Shown here: positions 26,801 through 45,438 of the stretch, piece by piece
Position numbering within the stretch: the stretch's first letter is position 1
Layout: every line of letters begins with the position of its first letter
Notes under the pieces: generated by a model
Seen by the model: only the letters and a program-made list of their open reading frames with translations
Database searches by the model: none
Told to the model about the DNA's origin: nothing
Assembly (NCBI GenBank): GCA_021613535.1
Contig: CP075493.1
Span: forward strand, 4,960,001 to 5,024,000
DNA from: Adineta vaga
Taxonomy: Eukaryota; Animalia; Rotifera
Length of the DNA: 64,000 nt
Reading direction: 5' to 3'
Program-made: the position numbers and the translations under genes

Positions 26801-29800
26801 ACATTCTTTTTCTAAATGAAAATCTTCCAGAATCATAATTCTATAATCTTTTTCAGATGGCCTATGAATCACGTGTTCTCTTACGTATTAATCAAAGTAG
26901 TCAACGATTAATGATTATTTGTCGTGGTATTGGTCTTGAACCTCAAGTTATTATTGGACAAATGCGTGGTACAACATTTGAACCAACAACATCAATTGTA
27001 TTCAATCCAATTTTAACACATAGTCAAGGTGATGATCAAGAAGTTGTTATACGTAATCCATGTTCATTTCCAGTCGAAATCTATAATCTAGAATTTGATA
27101 AACTCTATCTTGAAGAAGAAAAAGTGATTTGATACTGATGCAAACATTTCTCTTTTCTAATAAGCATTTCTGTTTTCTAGGTACTTCGTCTTTTACCAGG
27201 TTATGATGAAAATAATAATATTCTTTTACCAACACGAGCTGCTGGAGAAAAATTACCAATTGAAATACAAAAATTTTATGATGGTAGAGATTATTTAATT
27301 GATATTAAAGAAAATTTATAGGCTGTTTCGATTGAATTTAGATGTATTAAAACATGCCGAAGACGAAAAACAAGAAAATATGACCAAAAGAACAGATGGT
27401 AAGTAAAATTCTGCTTTATAGAAGACAGTTCGCATTTAAAATAATTGAAAAGTATATAATTTCAAATGTCTTAGGAAAACTAAGGTCATTTTTGATCACA
27501 CACAGCAATGATATCGACAAAAACCTATGATTAGTTCTAATCTTTAAGTTAGGATATCATTCTTTATCTTGGATCTATTTTCAGACGGTTCCTATGTTGC
27601 CAATGATGGTGTTGAATCTAATGTTGCTGTAGCAAGTTCTTTGTCACAACAACCAATACCAACTAATAGTGAACGTGCTACTAATGAACGAACAAGTTTA
27701 AATTTGAGTATTGATCATATTGATTCACTTATGGATAAAAGTGAAACAGCATTAAAACGTGTTGCAGAAAAACTTATCGATTATGATATGACACCTGTTG
27801 CTCAAGCATTAGCACGTCATTTAGGTATTGATTTAACATCTGATGGAGTACAAGCACGTAATCGACGTGGTATTGCAATCATCGTACATGGTCCACCTGG
27901 TTCAGGTAAAGAATTTCGATAGTAGATGAATGAATGTCTTAGTATATAATCGTTTTGTCTCTCAAGGAAAAACAATGATCTCTCGTGAACTTAGTCAACG
28001 TTATGATTGTGCATTATTAAATCTTGATCAAATTATTATCGAAGCTATTGATAGTTCACAACGAAGTGAACAAGCTCAACGAGCCTATCAAACATGTCGT
28101 GAAGCTTTTGAAAAACATGTCGAAGAACAACAACGACTAGCTGAATTTGATGCTGATCATCCTCCACCAGCTCCTATCGGTAAATTAAAATATATCTTAT
28201 TTTGTCTTTGTTGTTTCAATGAAATATTAGCAAACGAAAGATTTCGATCAATCAAATACTACAATGACTATTTTTCTTATCTATAATCGTAGGCAAATTT
28301 CGTCGACGTTCTTCTATTTTATCAAGAATTTCATCACCTACCTATAGCAATGGATCACCAAGAAGTGCGCAAAGGAAACTTAGTATTTTTTCGCTCTTTC
28401 AAAGCTTTTTCATTGAAATGATTTTTGCCGTGTCTTCTAGTTTTTTTTTAATTTGATTAATTTTCGAATCGTTTCATAATTTAATTTTCTAACTATATTT
28501 CTTCTTTTAGCTACACATGTGAAAAAACCTGCTGATAAAAAGAAGAAAGGTTCGGAAGTAGCTGATTCAAACGCTCAAATTGCAACATTAGAACCACAAC
28601 CATTAGTGGCTCCACCACAGATTAAATTTAAAGTACATAAACATTTATCATCTGCTGCTCATGCTGAATTAACTCAAACACAAAAAAGTTCTGATGATGT
28701 TACATCTATTGTTGAAGATGATCAAGAAGAATTGATATCATTCGTATTGACAGAAGATGTATTTGTTGAAATTCTTGCTACAAGACTTCAAGTAAAAATC
28801 TTTGTTTTTAAAAGAACTGTTTGGCTATCATTGAAAACCTTTTCACTTTCATTTATTTAGAGACTGGACTGTCTTCATGGTGTTGTCTTTGATAGTCTCG
28901 ATACATCGTTTCTTGCGAATGCTTCACAAGCAGCCGTTGCTGTATTGAAAGCCATCAATAATCGTTCTTATATCTATGCTGTTGTGACAAATTTTTCTTA
29001 TACTAAATACAAAGAGGCTCAAGCTAAGGCTGAAGAAATTCGCCGTATGAAAAAGAAATATTGATTTCGAACCGGTTGTTTATCAAAATCTATTTTCATG
29101 TTTAGGATCGGAAGAACGTCTACGAGAACAAACAGAAAAAGAATATGCTGAAGAAATGGGTGAAGATGAATATGATGCTTTAACTGACGAAGAAAAACAA
29201 CGAATTGATCAGAGAAGATTACAACAAAAGAAAGATCGTATTCAAAAGTAGGATGATCTATAATAAAAGCATTATGTTTCAAAGATATCGTTTGAATATA
29301 GAGAACAACGAATAAAAGAAGAAAAAGCTCGATTAGAACAAGAACGTTTAGCATTGAAAGAAGCTGAACCGTATGTATCTAAATGAAAGAATTTATTTTA
29401 GATTTATGATTATATTTTTATGTTAGGAAAAAGACGAAGAAAGGTGGTTCAAATCAACCATTGATGGGTAAAGGTGGTTCGACAGTTGGTGGCGATAAAG
29501 GTCTTACTGCTTCATCGACGGCTGTTGCTGGTGGCAAAGGTGGTTCTCGATTAACATTGATAAGTGCTCGTGGTCCCACTGGTTCTGATAAATCAAATAT
29601 TAAATTAGATGGTTTAAGTACAGAAGATATTGATAAGTAATATGCCAGCTTCTTTTATATTATTATTGATGTTAAACGTATTGTATCTCTTTAGGAAAAA
29701 GGTTTCAAAAAGTGAATTAAAATCTCTTCGAGATCTTTCAATCAGAGAAGAAGGTGAAGGTTCAGGTAGTTTAATTAAAGGTTCAACTACAAGTGATCTT

Positions 29801-32800
29801 GACGATGAGAAAGAAAAGAAAAAAGATAAAGAATTACTCGTGAAGTAAGTTTGCAAAATTAGCTTTTATCTTAAAATAGTCATCCGTTTATTTTTCTTCT
29901 AGATTTAAAACATTTGACTTTTATCGTAATGATTTATTGAATGTTTTCGAATGGTGGGATCGAACGAAAGGTGTCACACGAAGTCCACCAACACCAGTCA
30001 ATCAAGGCGAAGATGAACATGGTTCAGGTGTACTTGCAGCTGGTGGCAAAAAAGGAGCACAAAAGAAAGATAAAGGTATAAATTTCTTTTTATAAATTAA
30101 AATCCCTTATGAACACTTCAATTCTAATCATCCTAGTTAAACGAAATAATTTTCAATTATCTTCATATGATTTTGAAAGAAAAAAATCACGTATTTTCTT
30201 AGATAACAATCTTTTCTTTTGCATTTATTACTTTTTATTTTGTCTTCAATCTAATTACATTGAGTTTATGCTTCTTTTTTTCTTTCAAGGAAAAAAAACC
30301 GATTCAAAAGATAAAGATAAAGCAGAGAAAGCAGATGATATTGGTCTAGCAAGTACTCCAATTCAACATCTAGCAAGTACAACACCAATCAATTGTGTAA
30401 GCAATACACATTCTGCTTTTGTTTGTGCTCTGTACATCATTACAACGATTCATTAATTGTTTTTACAGGATGAATCTATACAATCATCGAAAGATGAAAC
30501 AAAAAAACAATTATCAACAGGATCAGAAGAAGCAGTGAATGTTCCAACAATTCAAATTGAAACACCAGTAAATTATAATTCGAATCAACCGATACCAACA
30601 TATTTAATGGATACAATTAAAAGTCGCCTACCAGGTTTAGACGAGGTAACAATCATTGACAACGTTCAACATTCTTAGGATTATGTGTATAATCTATAAT
30701 TGAATTACTACTATTTCAGGTACTCGATGGAATGGGTCAAGGTCCTCGTGGTCCACCAGTTCCTAAAGCATTTGAATTTGCTGTTGTACCATTTCCTGAA
30801 CCACGTACTAATCCACCTTGTGCCGAATATGGTCAATACTTTTTTGTGGCTACAAGTGAAACTGATCCGTAAGAATTTGATTTCAAACAATTTGTTTTAT
30901 TTATTCTGTTGATTCTCTATGATTAGAAATCTATTTCCTGAAGATAACAGATCAAAAGATAATAAGACACCAGAACCGCCCGCGAATGGTGATGATGCCG
31001 ATGGAAAAGACACCAATACGAAAGGACGACGTAGTCGAGGTATGTATTTTCAAAAGGGGAGAAAAAATATCGAAAAAACCGATGTGTGTATTTTATCTAG
31101 CAGAACGCGAATCCATTTCTATTAAACGTAAGACAAGTGGTGGAACTGGTGGTAGTACTGAAGGAAAATCATCGACACGTGGAACTTCAAAAGGTAAACA
31201 TGGTGGAAAACATTCTCCAACACATCATTCATCCGACGGACCAGATGGTACAAGTGAATCAGGCAGTGAAAAACTTCTACCAAAGTTTGTTTTATTATTT
31301 TGCCACATTTATTCTACGTATCAATTCTGTTTTTTTTCAAAGAATTATTCGTTTTCGTTGGATTATTCCTGCGAAAGGTGAAGTTCGTCTTCGTCTTCGT
31401 TTTGTTTCGAATGAAGTTGGACAATTTGATCAAACAATTTCTTTTGAACTTCTTGGTACTAAACGAAATTATAAAATATTCTGTCGAGGTGTCTGTACAT
31501 TTCCAACTATTAGTCGTGAACCTCGGTTAGTTCTGTTTCAATTCTTAATTTTGTTTTTAAAATTCATTCGTGCATCTTTAGTACGATCTTTCCTAATCGA
31601 CAAAAAACACGTAAACCAAATGAAATCGTTCATAAGAAATTTATTCTTTCAACCGAACAATATGATTTTGGTCCATTAGTACTTGGCAAAGATATAAATA
31701 AGTAGGTTGTAATTGATTTCGATATGAATTTTTACTCAATATTCATTTTAGAATTCGTACTGGAGTTTATCCAAGTAATCTTGAAACATTAACAATTGAC
31801 AATACATCACCTATGGATGTTGAAGCATTATTTTGCTTTTTAAATGATGTTGATGCAGCCAAAGCTGTCTTCTTTCTTGAACCAACTGAAATGCATTTGA
31901 AACCAGGAGAATCAAAAGTATTGAAAGATTCTATTATCTTAAAAGAATATGATCATGTTTTGATTCTTTTTTTAGCCATTGAAAATTATGGCAAATCCAC
32001 AAAAAGAAGGTCATTATGAAGAATCATTGGTTTGTTGTATAAAAGAAAATCCTGAACCAATTATTTATAAATTATCTTGTGATGGTTGTACACCTGACTT
32101 ACAAACTGAACCAACATCCTTTGATTTCGGTCAAGTATTACTCTATCGGTAAATATCTCATATAAGCAATGCATTCATATATTATTTCTATCATTGTTCT
32201 TTTTTTTTGTAGAAAAGAATCACGAACTATTCGACTTAAAAATACGAAATTAATTCCTGTCCGATGGCGTTTAACTGGAATCGGTCAAGATGGTATTGGT
32301 CAAGAGTTTTCAACTAAAACTGATACAGGAATTGTTGAACCATTGTCTACCTATGAATTACAATTGAATTATTATGCAAGTCGACCACGTTCACCAACAT
32401 CACAAAAAAATAAACTTATTCTTAAACTTGAAGTAAGTTTTCTTCTCAATCGAATCTACAGAGAAAGCATATTGTCTATTGATTTCCTCTTCGTAGATTT
32501 CGGATACTGAAGGTATGCCAGGTGCAATAAGGACTGTGAATATTCCTGTTTTGGTCGAACCGTATGATATTGTTTTGGATATGACATTTCAAAAAGGAAA
32601 TGATCGTGGTATTGATTTTGGAAATGTACGTGTCAATCAAGAAGCGAAACAAACATGTACATTGAAAAATAAAGGCAAACGAGAAATTCGATATAAGTAT
32701 GATTTCATAGTCAGACGATTGTTTCCGTTAAACATATGAATTTATTTGTTATAATTAGATTTGAATTACTACCAGATCCTAAATCAAAAATTAATGCAAG

Positions 32801-35800
32801 TAAATTCTTTGAAATTGTTCCAAAACAAGGAAGTTTAACTGCTGGTGGAGATCGTAATGCACCAGCCACAAACGTTGTTGTAAGAACATGATTTTTAACA
32901 TTTTGTAACTACTTTTTTTCTTTTGATTGTCAAGAAATCTTGATAGTTATTTATACTCAGATAGAACGAGGCGATAGAATTCTAATATATTTTCTTTGAT
33001 TTCCAAGATTACATTTAAACCAACAGCTGAAATACATCTTCGTGAAGCTGAAATTATTGTTGTTAGTGTTATCAATGTAGCATCTGCTGTCAAAGGAACA
33101 GATAGTAATACTCATTCAACCTCACATGGTCCAACGAAAGGTAATGCTGAAGCTGCAAGTGGTCGAAATGCTGTCGCTACTCAACAACAACAACAACAAG
33201 CAGCAGCTCCACCAGTCGAAGAAGAAGTTGCACGTATTCGATTGAAAATTTCTGCCAAAGCAACATATAGCAAGTGAGTCTTTCTCAATCTTCCTTTTTT
33301 TGAATTCATACGAACAAGATTACTTTTTCGATTAGATTTACTATTACACCAGAAAAAGAAGTAAATTTCGGTCCAATGCCGATTGGTTGTCCTCGTCGTG
33401 TGGAAAAATTCCTCATCGAAAATCACGGCGAACATGATTTTAAATTTATTATTACAAAATATCAACGTGATTCTTCTCCACAAAAACTAAATATGAAGTA
33501 AGTTAACATTTTTCAATCATGAACATATCAATTTACGATATTTGTCATTCTAGAGATGCACCAACACAAGGTCGTTTACAAGTTGGTCCATTTCTTATTT
33601 CACCTGCATTTGCAATGATTATACCAGGTGGAAATTCAACTGTATCAGTCGAATGTATATCCGAATCTGATGTACCAAAGAAATTTGAAGAAGTAATTTC
33701 ATACTTATTGATCTATTTTGAAAGTTCATTTATCATTTTAGGAAATTCTAATTGATATTGCTGATCGTAATCCAGCTGAACATTCAAAAGGAATTATTTA
33801 TAAATTAAAGAGTGAATTAATTGTACCACAAATTGATACAAGTGATATCTCATCAATCTTTGAAGAACATCGTGTTGTTCGAAATTTATCTTCATTTAAA
33901 AATTTAGCTGATGTAAGTGATTGAATTCTTGTTTTCATTATCAGATATTGATGTTTATGAAATTTAATAGTCCGTTACTGGTGGTGTTTATGGTGAAGAA
34001 GAACGTCGTTTTCAATTTCGAAATGTTATTGTTGGTCGAACATCGAAAGCACGATTTAAAATTAGTAATTCACAAAAAGTAAATTTTTTTTGTTAAATTT
34101 TATTTCGATATGTCGACTGTAAAAGAAAATCTTGTTTCTAGGTACCAGTTGATATCAATCTTGCTCTTCGTCCAACAAATAAAGGTCATAAAGTTGTTGA
34201 AGCTTTTGAACTCGATGCACATCGTGCACAAATTCCACCATATAGTAATCATTATGCTGTTGTGTCCTTTACGCCAACATCTATGCAATCATATTCAGCT
34301 ATTTTTGATGTAACAGTCGATGGTCAATCGAAAGCTAATCGAGAATCTCGTAATACACCAAATTTTTCCTGTGAACTTCACGGAGAAGGTCATTTACCAC
34401 GTGTCACTATCTTACGACCTGCAATTCGAAATAAAAAGGCACAAACAATGATGATCTTCAATAAATTATTATTAGGTCGACAAGCAATTCAACAACTTCT
34501 TCTAGTTAATGATGGTGTTCTACCAGCAAAAGTAAACTTTTACAATTTAAATAACATGAATTTGTCAATTATTTCTCTTCCAGGTTGATTTTTATCTTCA
34601 TGATGTTGAAGGTGTGTATTCATTACAATCATCTATTGAAAATTCTCATCCAGAAAATCTTGTTATCAATGATATGACACGAAAAGCGACTGCTGCATCG
34701 GCTATATTTGAAGTTGGTCAAAAGATTGCATTAGACATTCTATTCAAACCAAAACCAACACAAGGCGCACAACGATATGAAGGTGTACTTCGACTTGTTG
34801 TTGTTGATAATCAATATGAAGATACAACTGTTCAATTAATTGGCGAAAGTTATACAGATGATATAACATTAGATAATATTCATGGATTAGTTATGAGTGA
34901 TGAACCATTAGCAATTGAAAATACACAACAGAAACAAACGATTGTTGATGATGATGTACCAGGTAAAATAATTTTTCCATGATGAAATCAAATGATCAAT
35001 CTTTTCTTTCTTTTTTCTAAAAACAGTTTCACTTTCCAATACTATAAATTTCGGTGAAGTTCATTTGAATGAATCTCGACAAATTCTCTTCTCGATTACA
35101 AATCATCATCAAAAAGATTCAGTTCGTTTCGAATGGCCTGAACATGCACAATGTACATTTTCACCACGTATTGGTCATCTACATGCCGGTAATTATTCTA
35201 TTCTTAAATGAATGTATATATATATATATCTACATACATCGTATCTTCTAGGTTGTACTAAAGATATTCAAGTAACATTTAAAACAAACAAACCAGTTCA
35301 ATTAAATAAAGAAAAACTTCTTTGTTCAATAACGAAAATAAGTTTTGATCGTCCAATAAATGAAATACCCGATTGGGATGATCGAATGCGTTCAATCAAA
35401 TGGATTGATGTACCACAACAAGCACATGATCCAACTAATGCGGATCAACAACGTCCAAATCGGCCAGCAAGAAAGAAAATTGTCGAGGGAGATGCTGAAC
35501 CAGCACATCAACGTATCGAAGATCAAACACGTCAATTAGATATTTATGTATCAGCTGTAGTCGATTATTGTCGATATAAATGTAGTGATTTTGAAGTACG
35601 CTTTTTAGAAACAGCAATGTTACAAACACGTGTTCAAGAGTAAATATTTCAACATTATGATTTAATTTCCGAAAAATTTCTATTTTAGAGTAACAATTAC
35701 AAATCGTGGAAAAGTTGCCTTTAATTATGCATGGCAAGTTCATATGGAAGATAATTTTCGACCATTTACACCAATGATTGATCGTGATCCGCCAACGCCG

Positions 35801-38800
35801 GAACCAACTGAAAGTATACGAAAAGGACAGAAAGGTGGTACTCGAACTCCGGCAACAGCTGCTCCAACACCTGATACATCAAATAATCAAGATTCATCTA
35901 GTGTTACTCCTGGTGTACGAGGAAAAGATAAATCTAGTAAAGAAACAGGCAAATCAACAAGTAAAGATGGTCCAACAGGAAGTCGATCTAAACTTGGTCG
36001 AACTTCAGTGAAATCGATTACTGCTGCGAGAATGTCTTAGAAGAAAAAGAAACCGACAATGAACAAACTCTTGTAAATGAAGGTACAATTTTAACAGAAA
36101 TGTCTCATGTCGAGTCAGAATTAAGTCTTCATGCACCACCAACTCCACTGGCTGATGTTGGCTATGTTCCATTTATGGTAGAACCTGATACAGGTTCAAT
36201 TGCAGTAGGTGCTAGTCAAATATTTAAAGTTAAATTTGCACCACTTGATATTAATGATTATCAAGCACGATTGATTTGCTGGTTAGTTTCATTGATTTGA
36301 AGGAGAAAAAAGAACAGAAATATAGAATTCTTTTCATGTTGTTTTAGTATACCAAATCTTGAAACGGGTAAACCAGGACCTATTGTTGCTGTTCGTGGAC
36401 GAAGTATTTTACCATTCTGTCATTTTGAATTGGAAGAATCAGATTATTTAACTGCCGGTCGACGACGCGTTGATCTTTTAGTTAATAATAGTACAACACA
36501 TGCACCAGCACCATTTATTGATCGTCAAACACGTGTTATCGAATTCAAAGCTGTTGGTACTGGATCTCCATTGAATCGGTAGAAATTATATTATCTTCTC
36601 TGATTTGTTCATAAAATTCTTCTTCTCTTTTTCGTCTAGATCGTTTTCTGTACTTAATCCAACCGATCAAGATTATACCTATCGATGGATCTGTGACGAC
36701 AATCTTGATTTAACTAAACAACCGTCATTTGTTTGCCGTACCATACAAGGCAAGATTGCATCTGGCAAAGGAGCTATTGTAAGTAGAAATTTCGATTAGT
36801 TTTAATTTATCTATGCAACTATTTCATTCTCATTTAGATGTCATTCGATTTCTCTCCTCGTTCATTTGGTATTGTTGAATCCATGTATCGTTTTGAAATA
36901 CCATCACATTCTTTATCCGTACCATTTCTACTTGTTGGTCAAATAAATGAACCACAGATCTTATTCGATCGAACTTTTATTTCTTATCATCCTGTTTTAA
37001 TAGGTCATTATGCTGAAGAAGTGATTACTTTGATAAATAAAGAAAATCGTCCATTTCATTATCAATTTCTTGAACGTTCATTTATCAATGGTACAACTAA
37101 TCATGATATTGTTATTGAACCATCACCAACAGGAACAATCTTAGAAAATTCACGATTACCATTACGTGTTATCTTTCGTCCAACACAAAATCGAACATAT
37201 ACATATGTTCTTCAATGTCGTATTGGTGAAACAATAGAATTATTAAATCTTAATGTTCGTGGTGAAGGTTTTGCAAATTTGTCTTGTGTTCAAAGTGAAA
37301 CAATCGATAGTAAACGATTTGATTTAATAACTGTACAAAATGGTACGAATGAAATACGTTTTGATGACGTTCTCATTGGTAATTCAACATCACGACACAT
37401 TGAAATATCCAATGATGGTAAATATTCATTTGATTATAGTTGGTTATCGGATCAAAATCAAGATTTGGGACCATTTACTATTTCACCGATGAAAGGCACA
37501 GTAACAAATAGTCAAAAACAAGATTGTGTGATCACATTTGAACCACGTACACGTGAACATCGTTCATTAATTCAACGTTTAGTACATTTAAGTATTCTCA
37601 ATGGTTTAAAATATGATCTATTATTAATTGGACAAACGACTACACCAAATATAAATTTTTCATTTTTAACTCATAATTTTGGTCCATGTTTTATTTATCG
37701 TGCTGGTATGCCGGAAAATACATGTCATTTATCAATTACAAATCAAGATACCAAAGATCATACAATTGAATGTTTATATCAATCAAGTGCACAGTTGATG
37801 GTAGATTTTAAAACAGGTTTAATTGCATCGAAACAAAGTGCTGTATGTAAACTTACATTCTATCCAAGAGAACAAAAGGCATATCGTGAAAATGTACAAT
37901 TTGAAATTGATGGTTTAACAGTTGTTACAATTGTTATTGAAGGAGAAGGATGTGATTTCCGAGTAGAATTAGCTGAACCTAAAAATAAAATTGTTAATTT
38001 AGGTAAGAAAATAACATCGAGTTTTATTCAATTAAATCCTTTTGTTTGTTTGTTTTTATTATTTTAGGCGCATTGCAAGCAGGTAAAAGTGTAACACGTG
38101 AAGTATGTCTAGTTAATCGAAGTCGTGCACCTGTTGCCAATTGTCATATAACATTAATGTCTTCGGACAGTGGTGCTCCACGTGATATACTTAGTGTACA
38201 ACCGACAACACCACTATCATTAAAAGCTCGAGGTGGTACAGCAACAGTAACAATTAAATATACACCACGTTCACGTTTACCAGCATTTGTTGAACAAATT
38301 CTATTGAAATATGGTGATTTAGATGTACCCATGTTTGCTGTTCGTGGTTGTTGTCAAGGTTATGATATTGGTTTAGATACAGATGCATTGCCATTTGGTG
38401 CTGTGGGAAAAGATTGTTCATTGACGCGAAAATTAATTCTATCAAATCGTGGTGATATTGGTGCAGCATTTTCATGGAATACTGCTCAACTGCGTGATAC
38501 ACCATTTAATGTTTCACCAACAAATGGTTATGTGGCACCAGGTCAAGAAGTAACTATTGAATTTGTTTTTCAACCACATACAATTCGACATGATATCCGT
38601 TGTGAAAAACTTGAATGTCGAATTGAAGGAACAAAATCTGTTCATGTCACATTGAATGGTTCATGTATTGAAGTGGCACCTGCTCGAGAAACAATCAATA
38701 TTTCTACAGCTGTACGATCGAAAGAATCGAAATCGATTGTTTTGAAAAATAATACAAATACATTATGGACATTGACACCAGTCATTAGTGGAGAATATTT

Positions 38801-40359
38801 TACAGGTGCCGATACAGTCATTATTGAACAAAATTCAACGAAAAATTATGAATTAACATATGTACCATTAACTGAAGGTATGTACTAAAAGAAATTCTTT
38901 TGTTAACAAAATTAATACATTCGTTTTCTTAGGTAAACATACTGGCACATTATTCTTTCCATTACCTGATGGAAATGGTCTTCTTTACAATGTTGCTGGT
39001 AGTGCTGATTCACCACGTGCAGCTGGCAAATTTCTACGTGAAGTTCCATGTAAAACTCCCTATGTTGAATTATTATCAGTTGAAAATTGGTTGAAAAAAC
39101 CACAACGTTTTCGTGTTACTCATGAAGTGACGAAACAAGATCGTCCTGAAGTTGCTACAACAATCAAATATCTTGAATTTCTTGATGTTGCACCGAAATC
39201 GAAACGAGATTTTAAATTACATTTCTATTCCTATAAAGAATGTGTTCAACAAATAAAATTAATTTTTCGAAATGAACAAACACAAGAATATCTTTGGTAT
39301 GATATTACATTTAAATCAGTTATGGATAAACGTAATGCACCAACAACTGGCAATATCGAATTAACAACACATGTACGACAACAAGCAACACACGATATTA
39401 TTCTTGAAAATCCACTACCACATAAAGTTACATTTCAAGGGCAATGTACACATCCTGATATTCTTCTACCGCCTGAACATGTTTCAATTCCAGCTAATTC
39501 ACAAGTAATTTATTTGACCATAGAAGGATAGAACTAGTTTGATATATCAATGAAAATATTTGTTTTTAGGGTTCATACAATATCACTTATATGCCATTGA
39601 AAGCAGGCAAAGTTGAAACACGTCTTGAAATACATTCAGCTGAACTTGGTTTATATACGTATATGTTATCATTAAATGCACTTCCTGCACGTCCTGAACG
39701 CACAATCTATTTTAAAGCACCATTAGGTGGTTCACAAATATTATCAGCTAAATTCACTAGTTATGCTCGAACAAAAACAGATTATATTTGTAAAGTAAGT
39801 CATTTTTCTGTCTGTTTTATTCTTCATCATTTATTTTCAATTGAATCTATTTCAGATTGATCATCCTGATTTCATGGTTGATCGAACAGTTACTGCCGCA
39901 CCAAGTTCATCACCATCAACAATGGAAGTAGGTGTCGATGTTACATATGAACCATCTCAATTAGGTGATGTTCGTGCAACATTAACCATAAGTTCATCAT
40001 CGGGTAGTGATTATACATTTCCATTGGTTGGTCTTGGTGAATTACCAAAACCACAAGGTCCATTTACTATCAAATCAGGTGGTAATACAACAATAACATT
40101 TAAAAATGTTTTCGCTCAATCATTAACATATACATTCAATGTTGATAATCCATTATTTCATATAACTAAAAGTCAAGAATTAATTCAAGCAAGAAAATCC
40201 CATCGTATTGTCGTATCATTCGATGGATCAGATACAAGTAATAAAGCTGATGTAATGGCAAAATTAATTGTTTCATGTCCAAAAACAACAGGTGCACCGA
40301 ATGCTTCCTCATCAAGTGTACAATGGATTTATTATCTCAAGGGTATTACACCATCATAA
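20834..40359 (+). CDS. HYDIN: Hydrocephalus-inducing protein (central-pair HYDIN), ~19.5 kb, dozens of exons
   Basis: N-terminal YESKVVAPRNP and LFQPYPSDITFQKYEP; many ASH/MSP-like repeats (LxNxG...F.I.P..G); central RRGIAIIVHGPPGSGKT P-loop; RWIIPAKGEVRLRLRF; C-terminal WIYYLKGITP. Confidence 0.95.
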
Positions 40360-40777
40360 AACAAAAACAGTATTATTAATCATAAATATTTTGATATGAA
40401 GAAAAAAACAACAACAGTGATACATAAATAAATAAATAAACATTCGTTTTCTTTTTAAATAAATATATAATCTTTAACTTTTTTGTCATTCAAACAGCAA
40501 AGATTTCACATCATGACTAGAACAATGTAAACATACGAATTGCTTATTATCAAATAAGTACTAATGAAATATTCTCAGCATTTCATAAAATCATGACTGC
40601 GTTTTTTTTTATTAAAATAAGTTTCATCTTTATATCTTCATAAAACATCACACAAAATATCTAAAAACAAACCACACTCCTCACTCTCGTGATCGAATCC
40701 AATGAAGTATATATAGATTTGATTTCAGTGTCATGGATATTATTTCAATAATATATATATATATGCCTATAGAAGAA

Positions 40778-41389
40778 TTATTCAAAATATACAGCATAAA
40801 CAGTAACAGTTGCGATCATATCTTTGGATTCATAATTAACCGAAAGCATATTATCTGTTTTCGGATCCCATAAACAACGTGATGCAATACGTACGAGTTG
40901 ATCAAATTTTTGTGTTACAACTGTTTGAATAACAATTTTATATCTTGGTAATTGAAAATTTTTCACTAATTGATGTACACTACGTGATATATTCTTGACG
41001 AGATCATTCATTGCTGGAGGATTATATTTTTGATCTTTTAAATGTTCAGCTAATGTTTCTAAGATTTTTGATTGAAGTTTATATGGACGAAAACGATATT
41101 CACTATCTGGTTCCATTCGATATGTATTTGGACGTGGTTGACCGGATGAAAGAAACATGGAAGATTTACGACCGGGACCTGACATTGATAAACGTCGAAA
41201 AACAGCTAGCGATGGTTGACGTTCGCCAGCAGTTGCTGCTGCTGTTGCTGCAATTGCTGATGATGGACCAGTACCAGATACACCTGATTGAGTATCATCA
41301 CCACGTGAAGCATTTGAAGCCATTGTTTTAACAGTATTCACACCACGAGCTTCCGTTTGATTATTTAAACGACGATCAGCCATGATCAA
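40778..41389 (-). CDS. Tctex-1 domain dynein light chain (TCTEX1D1/DYNLT5-like) with N-terminal extension
   Basis: PNTYRMEP..FRP; LPRYKIVIQTVV; VRIASRCLWDPKTDN; ATVTVYAVYFE. Single coding exon. Confidence 0.88.
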   Translation of the reverse strand: MIMADRRLNNQTEARGVNTVKTMASNASRGDDTQSGVSGTGPSSAIAATAAATAGERQPSLAVFRRLSMSGPGRKSSMFLSSGQPRPNTYRMEPDSEYRFRPYKLQSKILETLAEHLKDQKYNPPAMNDLVKNISRSVHQLVKNFQLPRYKIVIQTVVTQKFDQLVRIASRCLWDPKTDNMLSVNYESKDMIATVTVYAVYFE

Positions 41390-41635
41390 ATTGTACTTTC
41401 AAAACTTGTAAAATGAACACAAAAGAATTGTGAAGATGGAGATATTGTTTGGTTGATTTAAAATTCTCTTTTCTTTTCTTTTTCTTCTGAATGTTCGTTG
41501 TTATTTAAACTTTTGATTTGTTTCTTAACAGACACAATGTTTTCATTTTTTTTCTTCTTCTTCTGCTTCTTTTCACATAATATATATGCTCGAATATTTA
41601 CATACGATGTTTGATCAAATAAGCAACAAAAAAAA

Positions 41636-41648
41636 GGCGCCTAGCGAC
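41636..41648 (-). promoter_or_regulatory. RFX X-box-like motif (GTCGCTAGGCGCC) upstream of the Tctex gene
   Basis: GC-rich match to the GTYGCTAGGCRAC-type X-box in AT-rich upstream DNA, about 250 nt before the ATG. Confidence 0.45.
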
Positions 41649-42093
41649 CAGAGAAGTCTTCGAACTGTTTATGTGAAAAAAAAGAGAGAACATTAAACAA
41701 TTAGTTGATGGCAATATGGTTGCTGTCGTTTATTTTGTTAAGTAATAACCATTGTTGCATAAAATTTCAGAAAACTAATCAAAACCGAACCAAAATTTTG
41801 TCTTTCCTGTAAACATAACATCGGACTCATTCTCAAACAAAATAATGGTTCTCTAAAATCGAGTTTGTAATGATCATTTTTCTTTGTTTCAATTCAACAC
41901 TCAAATAGCATACGTAATATAATCATTGTGAAAATCGATTAAGCTATAAAGATCTTTCTTTTCTTTCATTTGTAAGAAATTTATTTTAATAAAGCATCAA
42001 GTAGCAATAATATACGTGTATATATATATATAAAGTCACTGATCAAAAAAGAAAGTGTTTATACGTAACAAAATGAAAGAAGAAAGAGAATAG

Positions 42094-45345
<3,252 letters not shown>

Positions 45346-45406
45346 TTATCTTTCTATACTTGTAACCTATTTTCCTATAATAGATTTCTATTAAGAACTC
45401 ATAACA

Positions 45407-45438
45407 CTAACCATTGTAACTAACGAAACCATAGTAAC
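45407..45438 (-). promoter_or_regulatory. Two tandem RFX X-box-like motifs upstream of CFAP91
   Basis: Minus-strand GTTACTATGGTTTC (45425-45438) and GTTACAATGGTTAG (45407-45420), 60-95 nt upstream of the ATG. Each has one good half-site of GTTRCYATGGYAAC. Confidence 0.55.

Noticed and set aside
27871-27975. P-loop GPPGSGKT as a separate kinase gene nested in HYDIN
   Set aside because: It is the known adenylate-kinase-like region of HYDIN and splices in frame with the flanking exons.
35997-36040. Apparent in-frame stop and frameshift in HYDIN
   Set aside because: A 44-nt GT-AG intron (35997-36040) restores the frame, so this is not a pseudogene or recoding event.
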